A DNA stretch of 62,790 bases, filler included, from Hausera hauseri (Eukaryota): assembly GCA_046269625.1 (NCBI GenBank). It is 10 parts of 10 records of this genome, joined end to end, with 100 filler letters (N's around TTAATTAATTAA, not from the genome) between each part and the next. Parts side by side here need not be neighbours in the genome. Positions count along the whole stretch, not along the records: positions 20,117 to 25,890 come from JBJURY010191527.1; positions 25,991 to 32,306 come from JBJURY010114098.1; positions 32,407 to 39,426 come from JBJURY010043333.1; 7 more parts are not named here. The stretch is one strand, 5' to 3'. Below are positions 23,101-35,262 of the stretch, in pieces (within the stretch, counting starts at the first letter, position 1; every line of letters starts with the position of its first letter). Both the position numbers and the translations under genes were made by a program. The notes under the pieces are model-generated. The model searched no databases and was not told the origin of the DNA. It was given only the letters and a program-made list of their open reading frames with translations.

Positions 23101-25890
23101 CCTTCCTTCCTTCCTTCCTTCGATGGTTCTTTCTTTCTTTCCTTATTTCGTCCTTTCCTTCGTTTTTTCTTTCTTTCGTTCTTTCGTTCTTCCTTTCGTT
23201 CGTTCGTTCGATCATTCTTTAGTTGCTTCGTTCTTTCTTTCGTTCGTTCTTTTGTTCTTCCTTTCGTTCGTTCGTACTTTCATTCTTTCGTACGTTCGTT
23301 CGTACTTTCTTTCGTTCGTTCCTCCGTTCATTCCATCGTTCTTTCGTTCGTTCTTCCGTTCTTTCTTTCTTTCTTTCGTTCGGTATTTCTTTCTTTCGTT
23401 CGTTCGTTCTTTCGTTCATTCCTTCGTTCGTTCCTTCGTTCTTTCGTTCGTTCCTTCGTTAGATCGTTCGTTCAGTCGTTCCTTCCTTCCTTCCTTCCTT
23501 ACTTCGATCTTTCGTTCTTTCTATCTTTCGTTCCTTCGTTCATTTCTTTGTCCTTTCTTTCGTTCTTTCCTTCCTTCCTTCCTTCCATCCTTCCTTCCTT
23601 CTTTCGTTCGTTCGTTCCTTCCTTCCTTCATTCGTTCCTTCGATCGCTCGTTCTTTCGTTCGTTCCTTCGTTCGTTCTTTCGTTCGTTCTTTCCTTCGTT
23701 CTTTTGTTTGTTCTTTCGTTCGTTCGTTCGTTCGTTCGTTCCTTCTCTTGTTCTTTATTTAATTCTTTCGTTTGTTCGTACTTAATTTGTTCGATCCTTC
23801 CTTCATTCCTTCCTTCCTTCCTTTCATCTTTCGTTCGTTCCTTCGTTCATTCCTTTGTTCTTTCTTTCCTTTGTTCGTTCATTCGTTCTTCCATTTGTTC
23901 TTTTTTTCCTTCTTTCGTTCTTTCCTTCGTTCTTTCAAAAGTTCCTTCGTTCGAACGTTCGTTCCTTCGTTCGTTCGTTCATTCGTTCTTTCGTTCGGTC
24001 CTTTGTTCGTTCCTTCATTCGTACGTTCGTTCGTTCGTTCGTTCCTTCGATCCTTCATTCTTTCTTCCCTTATTTCTTTCGCTCGTTCCTTCGTTCTTTC
24101 GTTCGTTCCTTCGTTCGTACGTTCGTTCCTTCGTTCGTACGTTCGGTCTTTCGTTCGTTCGTTCGTTCGTCCGTTCCTTCGTTCGTTCATTCGATCTTTC
24201 TTTCCTTCGTTCCTTCGTTCCTTCGTTCCTTCCTTCGTTCATNNNNNNNNNNNNNNNNNNNNNNNNNNNNNNNNNNNNNNNNNNNNNNNNNNNNNNNNNN
24301 NNNNNNNNNNNNNNNNNNNNNNNNNNNNNNNNNNNNNNNNNNNNNNNNNNNNNNNNNNNNNNNNNNNNNNNNNNNNNNNNNNNNNNNNNNNNNNNNNNTT
24401 TTTCCTTCGTTGGTTCGATCGTTCGTCCGTTCTTTCGTTCCTTCTCTCGTTCCTTCTTTCATTCGTTTTTTCTTTCGTTCTTTAGTTCAATCGGTCCTTC
24501 CTTCTATACTTCCTTCATTCTTTCCTTCCTTCCTTCGTTCTTTCAATCTTTCGTTCTTTATTTCTTTCGTTCGTTCGTTAGTTCATTCGTTCCTTCTTTC
24601 GTTCGCTCCTTCTTTCCTCCGTTCGTTCCTTCCTTCGTTCCTTCGTTTCTTCGATCTTTCTTTCTTTCGTTCCGCCCTTCGCTCGTTCCTTCATTCCTGT
24701 TTTCCTTCCTTCCTTCCTTCCTTCCTTCGTTCCTTCGTTTCTTCGATCGTTCGTTCTTTCGTTTGTTCTTTATTTCGTTCATTCCTTCGTTCACTACTTC
24801 GTTCAATCGTTCGTTCGTTCGTTCGTTCGTTCCTTCCATCTTTCCTTCATTGCTTCCTTCCTTCCTCCCTTCCTTCTTTCATTCTTTCGTTCGTTTGTTC
24901 GTTCGTTCTTTCTTTCTTTGCTGCGTTCGTTCGTTCCTTCTTTCGTTCGTTCGTTCTTTCTTTCGTTCCATCCTTCGTTCATTCCTTCGTTCATTCGTTC
25001 GTTCCTTCGTTTCTTCGATTATTCGTTCTTTCGTTCGTTCTTTCTTTCGTTCCTTCCATCGTTTGTTCCTTCGTTCAATCGTTCCTTCACTCTTTCCTTC
25101 CTTCCTTCCTTCCTTCCTTCCTTCCTTCCTTCCTACCTTCGTTCGCTCCTTCTTTCCTTCGTTCCTTCCTTCTTTCGTTCCTTCGTTCCTAAGTTATTTC
25201 ATTCGTTCATTCGTTTGTTTCTTCATTCGTTCGTTCGTTCGTTCGTTCCTTCCTTCCTTCCTTCTTTTTTTCCTTCCTTCGTCCGTTCGTTAGTTCGTTT
25301 TTTTATTCCTTCTTTCGTTCCTTCCGTCGTTCCTTCCTTCGTTCGTTCGTTCTTTCGTTCCTTTTTTCTTTCGGTGGTTCGTTTTTTCTATATTGCATTC
25401 GATCGTTCATTCGTTCGTTCATTCCATCGTTCCTTCCTTCGTTCGTTCGGTCTTTCGTTCGTTCTTTCTTTCCGTGATTCTATTTTTCTATACTGCATTC
25501 GTTCGTACGTTCGCTCGTTAATTTTTACGTTCGTTGTTTCCTTCGTTCCATCGGTCGATCATTCTTTCGATCGTTCCTCCGTTCTTTCTATCGATCATTT
25601 TTCGGTTCGTTCGTTCGTTCGTTCTTTCGTTCGTTCCTTCCTTCGTTCGTTTCTTCCTTTGTTCGTTCGTTCGTTCCTTCCTTCCATCCTTCCTTCATTC
25701 CTTATTTTATTGCTTCGTTCATTCGTTCGTTCTTTCCTTCTTTCCTTCCTTCCTTCCTTCCTTCATTCATTCATTCCTTCCTTTTTTCCTACCTTCCTTC
25801 CTTCGTTCCTTCGTTCCATCGTTCGTTCCTTCTTTCGTTGGCTCCTTCTTTCTTTCATTCGTTCATTCGTTTTTTGCTTCATTCGTTCGT
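20117..25890. repeat. Degenerate (TTCG/TTCC/TTCT)n tetranucleotide satellite with assembly gaps
   Basis: The whole contig is a pyrimidine-rich 4-mer repeat with four internal N gaps. Confidence 0.98.
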
Positions 25891-25990
25891 NNNNNNNNNN
25901 NNNNNNNNNNNNNNNNNNNNNNNNNNNNNNNNNNTTAATTAATTAANNNNNNNNNNNNNNNNNNNNNNNNNNNNNNNNNNNNNNNNNNNN

Positions 25991-26817
25991 TTGGTTTCAT
26001 CTGACCATATGACATTCTCCCAATACTCTTCTGGAACATCCAAATGCTCTCTAGCAAACTTCAGACGCCCGGATCTGTACTGGCTTAAGCAGGGGGACAC
26101 GTCTGGCACTGCAAGATCTGAGTCCCTGGTGGCGTAGTGTGTTACTGACGGTAGCCTTTGTAACTTTGATCCCAGCTTTCTGCAGGTCATTCACTAGGTC
26201 CCCCGTGTGGTTCTGGGATTTTTGCTCACCATTCTTGTGATCATTCTGACCCCACGGGCTGAGATCTTGGTGGAGCCCCTGATGGAGGGAGATTAGCAGT
26301 GGTCTTGTAGGTCTTCCATTTTCTGATTATCGCTCCCACAGTAGATTTCTTCACACCAAGCTGCTTGCCTATTGCAGATTCAGTCTTCCCAGCCTGGTGC
26401 AGGTCTACAATTCTGTTTCTGGTGTCCTTCCACAGCTCTTTGGTCTTCACCATAGTGGAACTTGGAGTGTGACTGTTTGAGGTTGTGGGCAGGTGTCTTT
26501 TATACTGTTAACGAGTTCAAACAGGTGCCATTGATACAGGTAATGAGTGGAGGACAGAGGAGCCTCTTAAGGAAGAAGTTACAGGTCTGTGACAGCCAGA
26601 AATCTTGCTTGTTTGTAGGTGACCAAATACTTATTTTCCACCTTTATTTGCAAATAAATTCTTTAAAAATCAGACAATGTGATTTTCTGAATTTTTTTCT
26701 CATTTTGTCTCTCATAGTTGAGGTCTACCTATGATGTCAATTACAGGCCTCTCTCATCTATTTAAGTGGGAGAACTTGCACAATTGGTGACTGACTAAAT
26801 ACTTATTTTCCCCACTG
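25991..26817 (-). mobile_element. Tc1-like DNA transposon, 5' part, internally deleted (fish IR/DR type)
   Basis: MVKTKELWKDTRNRIVDLHQAG..IGKQLGVKKSTVGAIIRKWK (paired HTH), RLKFAREHL..WENVIWSDET. Terminus CAGTGGGGAAAATAAGTATTTAGTCA flanked by TA at 26818-26819, with an inner direct repeat near 26620-26640. Confidence 0.92.
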
Positions 26818-28069
26818 TAAATTGTCATTTTTTTCTCCAAAAGGTTTTTAGGTTTTAAAAAACTCAGTATAAAGAGCACACCATATATTACATGCATAAA
26901 ATCTGATTAAATTTAGTTTGTTTTTATGCAATCAGAGGAATTCTGGACAGCAGGGAGAAGTGCATTTGTGTTTCACATTTCATCTTACAAGATGGATCCA
27001 TTAACCCTTATTAAAAATTGATACAGTGCTATTGAGAATCCATAGTGTCAGGAACTGAAATATCATGATATTTTAGTGTAACAATATATTCTTACACCCC
27101 TACAACATGTGTAAAGTAATTTTGCCGATAACGATTTTTGCTTAACTCCCCCCTCCTCCTCTACCACTATTTGAACTGTACCCACCCTGTGCACCCCCTT
27201 GCCTAAATGCTCCGGTGCTCACGTGAGCCCAAAATGTGTGAATAATGCCTAAACAAAGATGGAAGAAAAGGCATGTATAGGAAGGAAAACATGACAGAGA
27301 TGCAGAAAGACAACACGTAAGTTGGACTGATAAAGGTTTGCTGATCAATAAACAGCATAGGTACTTTTTAACACCAGCTGATCTGAAGCAGTCTGAGCTG
27401 TGATGAAAACTAATACTGTAGAAAACTCCACCATACATTTCTGAGGGAAGACTTTAAAAATTAAATGTATTCAGCCAACCCATTCTCACTCCCAACTCAT
27501 CACATATTTACACTTTTCAAGGGTCCTTATTTGTCCTTCTGCGTCAAAGGCTGACAGTGGACATCCTGAGTTAGTTCTGGGGTAACTTGGTGCAAATGAA
27601 TGCCTCAGATCGATTCTGCCCATGAACACAACAAGCAGGATCTGAGAACAGGGGCAGTCCTGCAGAGTCCAACTGTGCCTGCTTAATTTTGTGCTAACTT
27701 AACACAGCGTTTCGACCACACCCTAATCCAAGATGGCAGCATTGTTTGGTCTAACTGTACCAGATTGACTACGTGGGACAAAATTATTCATTGCTGATGG
27801 ATTGATGTGCCTGAGCCCTTCATGACAAAGGCAAGTTATCTATCTTTCTCATTTCTCTGCATTAATTGATTTTTTTCATTTTGGGATTAGGTTTGGTGTT
27901 GATTTTAGCCTGCTTTGTTCACAGCACCATTTCTACTGGTCTTCTTCCTGTTAATAAGTGGTGTGTCTGAACGAGCTGTCAGTAAAAGCAGGAAGTAAAC
28001 TCTGGACTAGAAACCTACAGCATTGGATTTTATTTAAAAGCTCTCCATAAACTGACATAAACTGAGAGA

Positions 28070-31000
28070 ATGAAGTCTATAATGCTATTGCTGCTTGCAG
28101 TACTCTATTCAGGAGTCTGGTGCTGTTGCTGGACAATGGTAGATCCTCTTCGCAATGTCAATCAACAGAGCAATTTCACCCTTCATCTGGAGAAAGATAA
28201 AGATTCAAGTGACATTTATCCTGGAATGTTTTTTCATCCTACTCTTCTGTTCTTCAAAAATTGTGTGAACTTAAATAATTTGGTTAGTATTATGACACTT
28301 CAGGATCATTTTATGGTTTCTGTAAATCACCTGGCCTCTTTTACATCAACTCTTTGCATAAAAAGAAAAATATCCTTTAAAACATCAAAACATAGAGGAT
28401 TGATCATTTTACTGTTAATAATGGCTGGCAATGTTGAATCAAATCCTGGGCCTGATGTAAATACCACCTTTGCTACACCTGCTGATTTTAAAGAAAGAAA
28501 CGGCCTTGGTTTTATTCATCTAAATGTCCGGAGCTTATTAACAAAAATGGATATGATACGTGTTTGGGCATTATCTACAGATGCTGATGTCATTGTGCTG
28601 TCTGAATCATGGTTATCCAAATCTGTACTAAATAAGGAGGTCTCAATCAATGGATACAATATTTTCAGAACCGATAGACCAAAAAGAGGTGGTGGTGTTG
28701 TGATCTATGTAAAGACCAAGTTCCAATCAAACCTGATTCTGTCCAAAACTGTGACAAAACAGTTTGAATTTCTAGCAGTTGATTTGCAAATCTCTGAAGT
28801 TCAACACATGTCAGTGGTTGGCTGCTATAGAACACCTTCAGCCCCCACTGAAACTCTTCCGTCTTTGGTACAGCTCATCTCTGGATTGAATCCAAAGGAA
28901 ATAAAAATCTTGGCTGATCTGAATTGGGACTGGTTACAACCAGTTTCGGATGAATTTAAAGCTAAGTGTGATGCTTTAAATTTGTTTCAGTTAGTTAGTA
29001 GTCCTACCAGACCTAGCATCAAAACCCCCCATAAATCATCACTCATTGATCTTATATTGACAAATGTTCCACACAAATATACTTCTGCTTCTGTGTTTGT
29101 TAATGACATCAACGATCACTGTGTCATCGCTACAATGAGGAGTGCCATAATTCCTAAATCTAAACCCCGTATTATCATAAAACGTGATCTGAAACATTTT
29201 TCTGAACAAGGTTTTATTCATGATCTGTATCATTTCAACTGGGACAGAATCTATGTAATCCCCGATGTTGAACATGCTTGGAACTTCTTTCAAGATAGCT
29301 TTTCTAAAATAGTAAATAAACATGCTCCGTTTAAAAAAACTAGGGTAAGAGGTAGAAATAATGCTTGGTTTACACCTCAGCTTTCAAATATGCTTCATGA
29401 GCGTAATTTAGCATTGGCAAAACCAAGGAAATCTAATCTAACTCTGATTGGCTCAGCTTTGGAAAACTGCGAAATGCTTCAACAGTTGCTGTAAGGAATG
29501 CAAAAGCCCAATATTTTTTGTCCGAAACATCAAAAAACCTAAATAATCCCCAGAAGTTCTGGAAGACCATCAAATCTTTAAATGGAGATTTAAATCACCC
29601 AGAGTTCCCTTCATGTATTATGAAAGATTCTCATTTTATCTCTGACAGATTGAAGATGCTTGATTGCTTTAACAAGCATTTTATTGCTTCAAGTTCTATT
29701 TTTGAATCTCTTAATACTTCACAAAACTCTTTCACCTCCACCAGTTCTGGCATTCAGTCATCTTTGGCACAATCCTTTTGTTTTTCCCCTCTAACATTCT
29801 CAGAGGTACATAATGCCATCAAAAGTCTAGATTCTAAAAAATCAGCAGGTCCAGATCAGTTGGATGCACTTTTCTTAAAACAAGCTGTTGATTTCATTTC
29901 ATCCCCTCTGACATACATTTTTAATCTTTCCCTTAGTTCAGGGCAAATCCCGTTGGTTTGGAAGTCTGCCTTTGTACTTCCTCTCTTTAAAGATGGGGAC
30001 CCAACTGATATGAATAACTACAGGCCCATCTCTAAGTTGTCTGTACTGGCCAAAGTTCTGGAGTCTTTAGTCAGTGAACAATTAAAAGACTTTTTAACCT
30101 CTAATAGTATTTTAACTGACTCACAGTCTGGTTTTAGAGCAATGCATAGTACTACTACAGCAACTTTAAAAGTATTAAATGATGTCATTGGTATTTTGGA
30201 TAAAAAACAACATTGTGCAGCCCTATTTCTGGATTTATCAAAAGCCTTTGATACAGTTGATCATGAAATATTGTTGAGAAGGCTCTCTGACATTGGACTC
30301 TCTCAGCAGGCACTCAAGTGGTTTACAAACTACTTGTCCAACAGATCACAATGTGTGCAGGTGGAAGGTCTTTCTTCCTCTTGTCTTCAAACACTCAAGG
30401 GTGTTCCTCAAGGCTCTATCCTAGGTCCGCTTCTTTTTATAATCTATATTAACAGTTTAGATAACAATGTGCCACATGCTCATTTTCATTTTTATGCTGA
30501 TGACACCATCTTGTATTGTGCAGCTAACTCAGTACAGCGTGCTTTTGAAAAACTACAAGCTGCTTTTAATGTGGTTCAGTCAAATCTATGTAATCTAAAA
30601 CTTGTTTTGAATTCTCAGAAATCTAAAGTAATGCTGTTTTCTAACACTAAACCAAAGTCTAAACCAAATCTGTTGCCACCCATCATCACATCTCAGGGCT
30701 CTCAGATTGAAATGGTTTCTCAGTATAAATACTTAGGTTTTGTTATTGATGAATCGCTGACTTTTGTTCCCCACATTCAGCAACTGATAAAAAAGCTAAA
30801 GATAAAGCTGGGTTTTTATTTCAGAATCAGAGCTTGTCTATCTTTTGAGGCTAGAAAACGTCTTGTTGCTGCTACATTTTTACCCATCTTAGATTATGGA
30901 GATGTGATTTACATGCACGCATCTTCTCACTGGTTGCATTTGTTGGACTCTGTATATCATGGAGCCTTGCGTTTTATCACTGGTCTCAGAGCTCTTACCC

Positions 31001-31573
31001 ACCACTGTCATCTGTATACCAGTGTTGGATGGACTGCCTTATCCACCCGCAGATTTGTTCATTGGCATATTCTTGTTTACAAAGCAATCTTGGGTTTACT
31101 TCCCCCTTACCTCCTGTCCCATATCAATAAGAAAAACATTGGAAGTCATTTTCTCCGCTCGGATGAACTCATTTTATTAACAGTACCTAAGGTTCGCACT
31201 GACTTTGGCAAAAGATCCTTCCACTTTGCTGCTCCCTCAGCCTGGAATCTACTGCAGAAAGATTTGAAGTTGAAGGAGTCGGTTTCTTTGAATGTTTTTA
31301 GGGTCATTCTTAATCAGTTTGTACTCAAGACATTTGTTTGTAAATGTTTTAACTGATTTTGTTTTCTGTTTTAGTCCTGTCTTATCTTTTATGAGTGTTT
31401 CTTGTTTTACTGTTATTTATCATGAAATGTTTTTAATGTAGTTTAATACCTGTAGTGTTGCATTTTGTAATATTTGTGTGCTGCTGCCATTCTTGGCCAG
31501 GTCTCTCTTGAAAAAGAGATTTTTAATCTCAATGAGTTCTACCTGGTTAAATAAAGGTTTAATAATAATAAAA
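28070..31573 (+). mobile_element. L2-clade LINE, near full length ORF2 (APE endonuclease + RT) with one frameshift near 29440
   Basis: HLNVRSL, LSESWL, DLNWD, NDHC (EN); NYRPIS, QSGFR, LDLSKAFDTV, GVPQGSILGP, YADDT (RT); 3' stem-loop then CCTGGTTAAATAAAG and an (AAT)n tail. Confidence 0.93.
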
Positions 31574-31789
31574 CACACTTTGCATTTTGCCAGTCTCTTG
31601 TCATTGCGTTGAATAAGGTCTCAGTAAGCAAAGCTTATAATGAATGGTAGCAGAGCTGCCTACTGCAACACACCGCCATTCTGAAGCTGTTTGTCACGTA
31701 GGGTACAGGTCATTAACACTGGATGGTGCTGGCCCCTCCTGTTCTCAGGTGAGGGGTGCGGAGCATGGATGTGTATTGAGGGATTGAGC

Positions 31790-31934
31790 ATCGTGAGTCA
31801 GGCAGTGAAAAGACTTGCATTGTTCGCGAGTCTCAGATCACGAGTCCAAGTCAAGTCCAAGTCAAGTCCAACTCTAATAGTAGGGACTTAAGTGCGACTC
31901 AAGTCCAATTCCGAGTCACGACTCCCCATCTCTG
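31790..31934. mobile_element. Probable non-autonomous DNA transposon end
   Basis: Clustered GAGTC/CAAGT subterminal repeats ending in GACTCCCCATCTCTG, resembling a hAT-type CAG terminus. Confidence 0.4.
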
Positions 31935-32408
31935 ATATGTGTGTAATTAATGTGTTAAATAGTGAAGCATGGAGTCATAATATGAATATGACTTGTTAAT
32001 CAGAATATGATCAACAGTTTGTGACGAAGAGAATCAATATAATATAGTGTTAACAGTCATAATTTTTTAGAGATTCACAGTGGTGGAGTGTGTTTTGATT
32101 AGGAAAATTTTTAATTTGTTATTGCTCATGCAAATATAGAAGCCTTTCATGCGTGCATTCTAGTATATTACAGGAGATTGTACAGATTTTATATTGAAGT
32201 GAAACTTTGGAAACAAAAAGGGAGGAATGAGATCACACACGTTGACACGTATTCCCACACAGTTTAAGGAAGAGATTCTAAAACTGGGGTCCCAGGACCC
32301 CCAGGTNNNNNNNNNNNNNNNNNNNNNNNNNNNNNNNNNNNNNNNNNNNNTTAATTAATTAANNNNNNNNNNNNNNNNNNNNNNNNNNNNNNNNNNNNNN
32401 NNNNNNCA

Positions 32409-33758
32409 GCAGAAAGTGTAGGGTGGGAGAGGGATTACGTCTGGTTTATTTGGAACACATTCTCCATTATTTCTATGATGAACTTCATCAGGAAATGTGT
32501 AAGGAGGAATTTTCGAGTGGATCAGGGGATAACCAGGACCTTTCCTGCAGAACCCAGAGTTGCAGAAGTCCTGCTACCTGATGTTGCTACTATGCACCAC
32601 TTTTATGCGAAATGTGTTCAAATCTCATCTGAGAAGAAGTGGAGGGAGGGTGAGTTTCTGGAAGGTTTTGCAAATGATCTCTTAGACGCCATGAGGAGCA
32701 TCTGTGACGACGTGGACAGCGTGGTGATCGAAGACTTTCAAGTGGTGAATCCGGGCGATGTCGTCGTTCACCTCACCCCACCCGAGCCGTACAGATTTCA
32801 GTGTCGGCTCGGAAACGACCGGCCGAGCGACCCGCTGTCGGACATGCGAGTCTGTGGTCAAATTAAAGTGGTGGAAGAAAAGAAAATCCAAAATGGCTGC
32901 CCCTGCCAGTCCTCTGATGTGGATGAAGACATGGTTTGTTTGCTGCACTGCGAGGGTGAGAAGGTAAAAACAAAAACGGTGGATGTTTCCGATGGTCTGT
33001 GCTCCAAAAACTCTCCTTTCCTGTCTAAAGCCAAAGTTTCCCGGTGGTTTCAGAACACCATCAAACAAGCGTGGGCGCAAATTTCCCATAAGTACGAATT
33101 TGAGCTCAACATCCGCTACATGGAGGCTCCAGGCTCGCTGGTCATTCGGTTCAGATCAGGGAGGAAGATTTTATTCAACATGAATCCAGTGATTAAATTC
33201 AATGCCGATGCTCATTTTTCCATTAATCCTTGGTCCTCCAGTAATTCGGACATCTTCTGGCCGCTCTCCCTGACCAACTATGAGGACCGCTTTTTGGAAC
33301 ACCTCTCCAAACTCCTCCCTGAAAACTCCTGCCATAATCAAACTCTTGAGATTGCTTGTTTTCTTCACAAGAGACAGACAGCGTTGTCGGGAAGTACTGG
33401 ACTGAAAGAAAGTCATTTCAAAATGGCACTGATGCACCTTCTGTTGACCAAAAAATCCTCTCAGTGGAACCCAGACTTTGTGGCTCGCAGGCTGCAGGAC
33501 TTGCTGGAGTTCATAGAGAAAAGTCTAGAGAAGAAGCTGCTGACCCACGTTCTCATCGGTAACCCTTTAGCCAAGGTCATCAAACTTCCCAGAGAGGTCA
33601 CCAGAGCAAAACCAGTGAACCTCTTCCATCCCTTCGTGGTTCATAGCTGCATTTACAGAAACGCTGTCCATCATTTCCAGGAGATGCTTCGAAACACACA
33701 CATGCTGATAGACGAATACGTTGCCCAGCATACAAACGATACCGGCTTCCCTGTTTGA
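32409..33758 (+). CDS. ITPRIP-like (Mab-21/cGAS-DncV-like nucleotidyltransferase fold) protein, 5' end cut by the contig edge
   Basis: FLEGFANDLL, CPC..DMVCLLH, LCSKNSPFL, AWAQISHKYEFEL, FRSGRKI, LPENSCH, HFKMALMHLLL, LIGN, PVNLF are ITPRIP-family motifs. The frame is open back to 32409 and includes a hydrophobic W/F/I-rich stretch. Confidence 0.85.
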   Translation, partial: AESVGWERDYVWFIWNTFSIISMMNFIRKCVRRNFRVDQGITRTFPAEPRVAEVLLPDVATMHHFYAKCVQISSEKKWREGEFLEGFANDLLDAMRSICDDVDSVVIEDFQVVNPGDVVVHLTPPEPYRFQCRLGNDRPSDPLSDMRVCGQIKVVEEKKIQNGCPCQSSDVDEDMVCLLHCEGEKVKTKTVDVSDGLCSKNSPFLSKAKVSRWFQNTIKQAWAQISHKYEFELNIRYMEAPGSLVIRFRSGRKILFNMNPVIKFNADAHFSINPWSSSNSDIFWPLSLTNYEDRFLEHLSKLLPENSCHNQTLEIACFLHKRQTALSGSTGLKESHFKMALMHLLLTKKSSQWNPDFVARRLQDLLEFIEKSLEKKLLTHVLIGNPLAKVIKLPREVTRAKPVNLFHPFVVHSCIYRNAVHHFQEMLRNTHMLIDEYVAQHTNDTGFPV

Positions 33759-33920
33759 GAAAGGCTTTAAAGTCACAAATAGTTCATAAACTCATGCAAT
33801 AAGTGCGTCACCAACATTTATTTAAAATAAAACTTCCAACTTTTTAGTCTTGCTCAGTCACAAACAACTGAGCTTGTATCTGTGTGACCTCTGCTTAGTT
33901 CATAGGACCCGTTTATGTTG

Positions 33921-34151
33921 TCAATGCAGGAATGTTTCACTGAGGCACTGAAGACTCCAATGTGGGCATTTTATTTTCAAAACACCACTGCCACAGCAGG
34001 TGCAGGAGAGCAGAGCGTCCGGAGAAGCTCTGAGGTCTGGCCAGCTACAGTTGATGTGTAGTCTGGAGTCACAAGCTCTCAGGTCCTGATGCTGCGGTCC
34101 AGCGATGGCTTCATAGGTCTGGCTGGATGTTGTCACATCCCCATCTGACAA
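33921..34151 (-). pseudogene. YqaJ-like PD-(D/E)XK exonuclease fragment of a DNA transposon (ISL2EU/Kolobok type)
   Basis: LHINCSWPDLRASPDALLSCTCCGSGVLKIKCP matches the GASPDG..C.CC..G..EIKCP motif. Confidence 0.75.
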
Positions 34152-34981
34152 ACAACAAAAAATTATTGTTATAATCTCCTCTAAACATCATTATCATTTG
34201 CTTTTATCTGTAATTTTCAAGTTTTGAATGTTTGTGTCATACTTGCTTTAAAGTGCAGTGACCACACATTACTGTCCCATCCTTCTCCAAGGACACCCAT
34301 GGCTTTAGAGGATCTTCAGACAGGAACTGACTGATTAACCTGAAATGATACATATTACAAGTTAATACAGAACTATTTATTTAGTGTTGACGATCATATG
34401 TTTCACTATTGTGGACATCTGCTGGTGTTTACTGACTGTGAGAACAGTCAGATGTTAGATACAGTCAGGATGTGCAATATGACATAAATACCCTGATGCA
34501 TGCTCAATAATCCAGGTAGATTTTTTTTTTGTATGTCCAGAGGACCAGACTTAGCTTTTTTAAATATGGCATAAAATTCATATCCTGGTGATATTGTCTA
34601 TTGTGATGAAAAGCTACACAAAGCTACACACTAATTACGTCAGTTTTTTTTTTTTTTGCCGGTGTTCTGTCCATTCAGCATACATGTTATGGTAGCAAAC
34701 ATTTAGTTAATACGCATGCACGCTCATTTTGCAATAAGCCTGTGACGTTCAGAGGAGCCGTCTGATCATCCTACACTGCAAGATACAACAAAAAGTATGT
34801 CAGTAAATTGTTTTGGTTCAAAGTACACAATTTAAAGTGTGCGATGCGTTTACTGAACCGTAAGGAAATCGTTTTTAAAAACAAAAACTCTGTTTATGTG
34901 CGAACAGTGCAAGTGAAGTTAGTCCGAGCTTTGTGAATTTAATTTAAACAATATAAGGACAATATAATCATTCTGCTGCCT

Positions 34982-35262
34982 TAACTGTTAACTCAGGTTG
35001 TCATACAGCTGTTCAACTGCCAAGTCAGGGCAGACTGAGGCGTCAGGGTGTAATACAGCTGTTAATAACAAAGTATATGATGATCTGAGAGGTTAACTGT
35101 TAACTCAGGGTGTCATACAGCTGTTATTCAGGGCAAATTGAGGCGTCAGGGTGTCATACAGTGGTTAAACTGCTAATTCAAGGCGGATTGATGAGTCAGG
35201 GTGTCATACAGCTGTTAATAACAAATTATATGATGATCTGACTGGTTAACTGCTATGTCATG
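34982..35262. repeat. Irregular minisatellite built from TCAGGGTGTCATACAGCTGTT units
   Basis: Five imperfect copies visible, with AATAACAAA.TATATGATGATCTGA occurring twice. Confidence 0.8.

Noticed and set aside
20065-25946. Very long ORFs (up to 1303 aa) rich in S/F/V/R or E/R/K/N
   Set aside because: These are translations of a stop-poor (TTCN)n satellite that run through N gaps.
34982-35262. Repeat-spacer pattern resembling a CRISPR array
   Set aside because: Units are irregular, the intervening sequences are themselves repeated, the context is eukaryotic and no cas genes are present.
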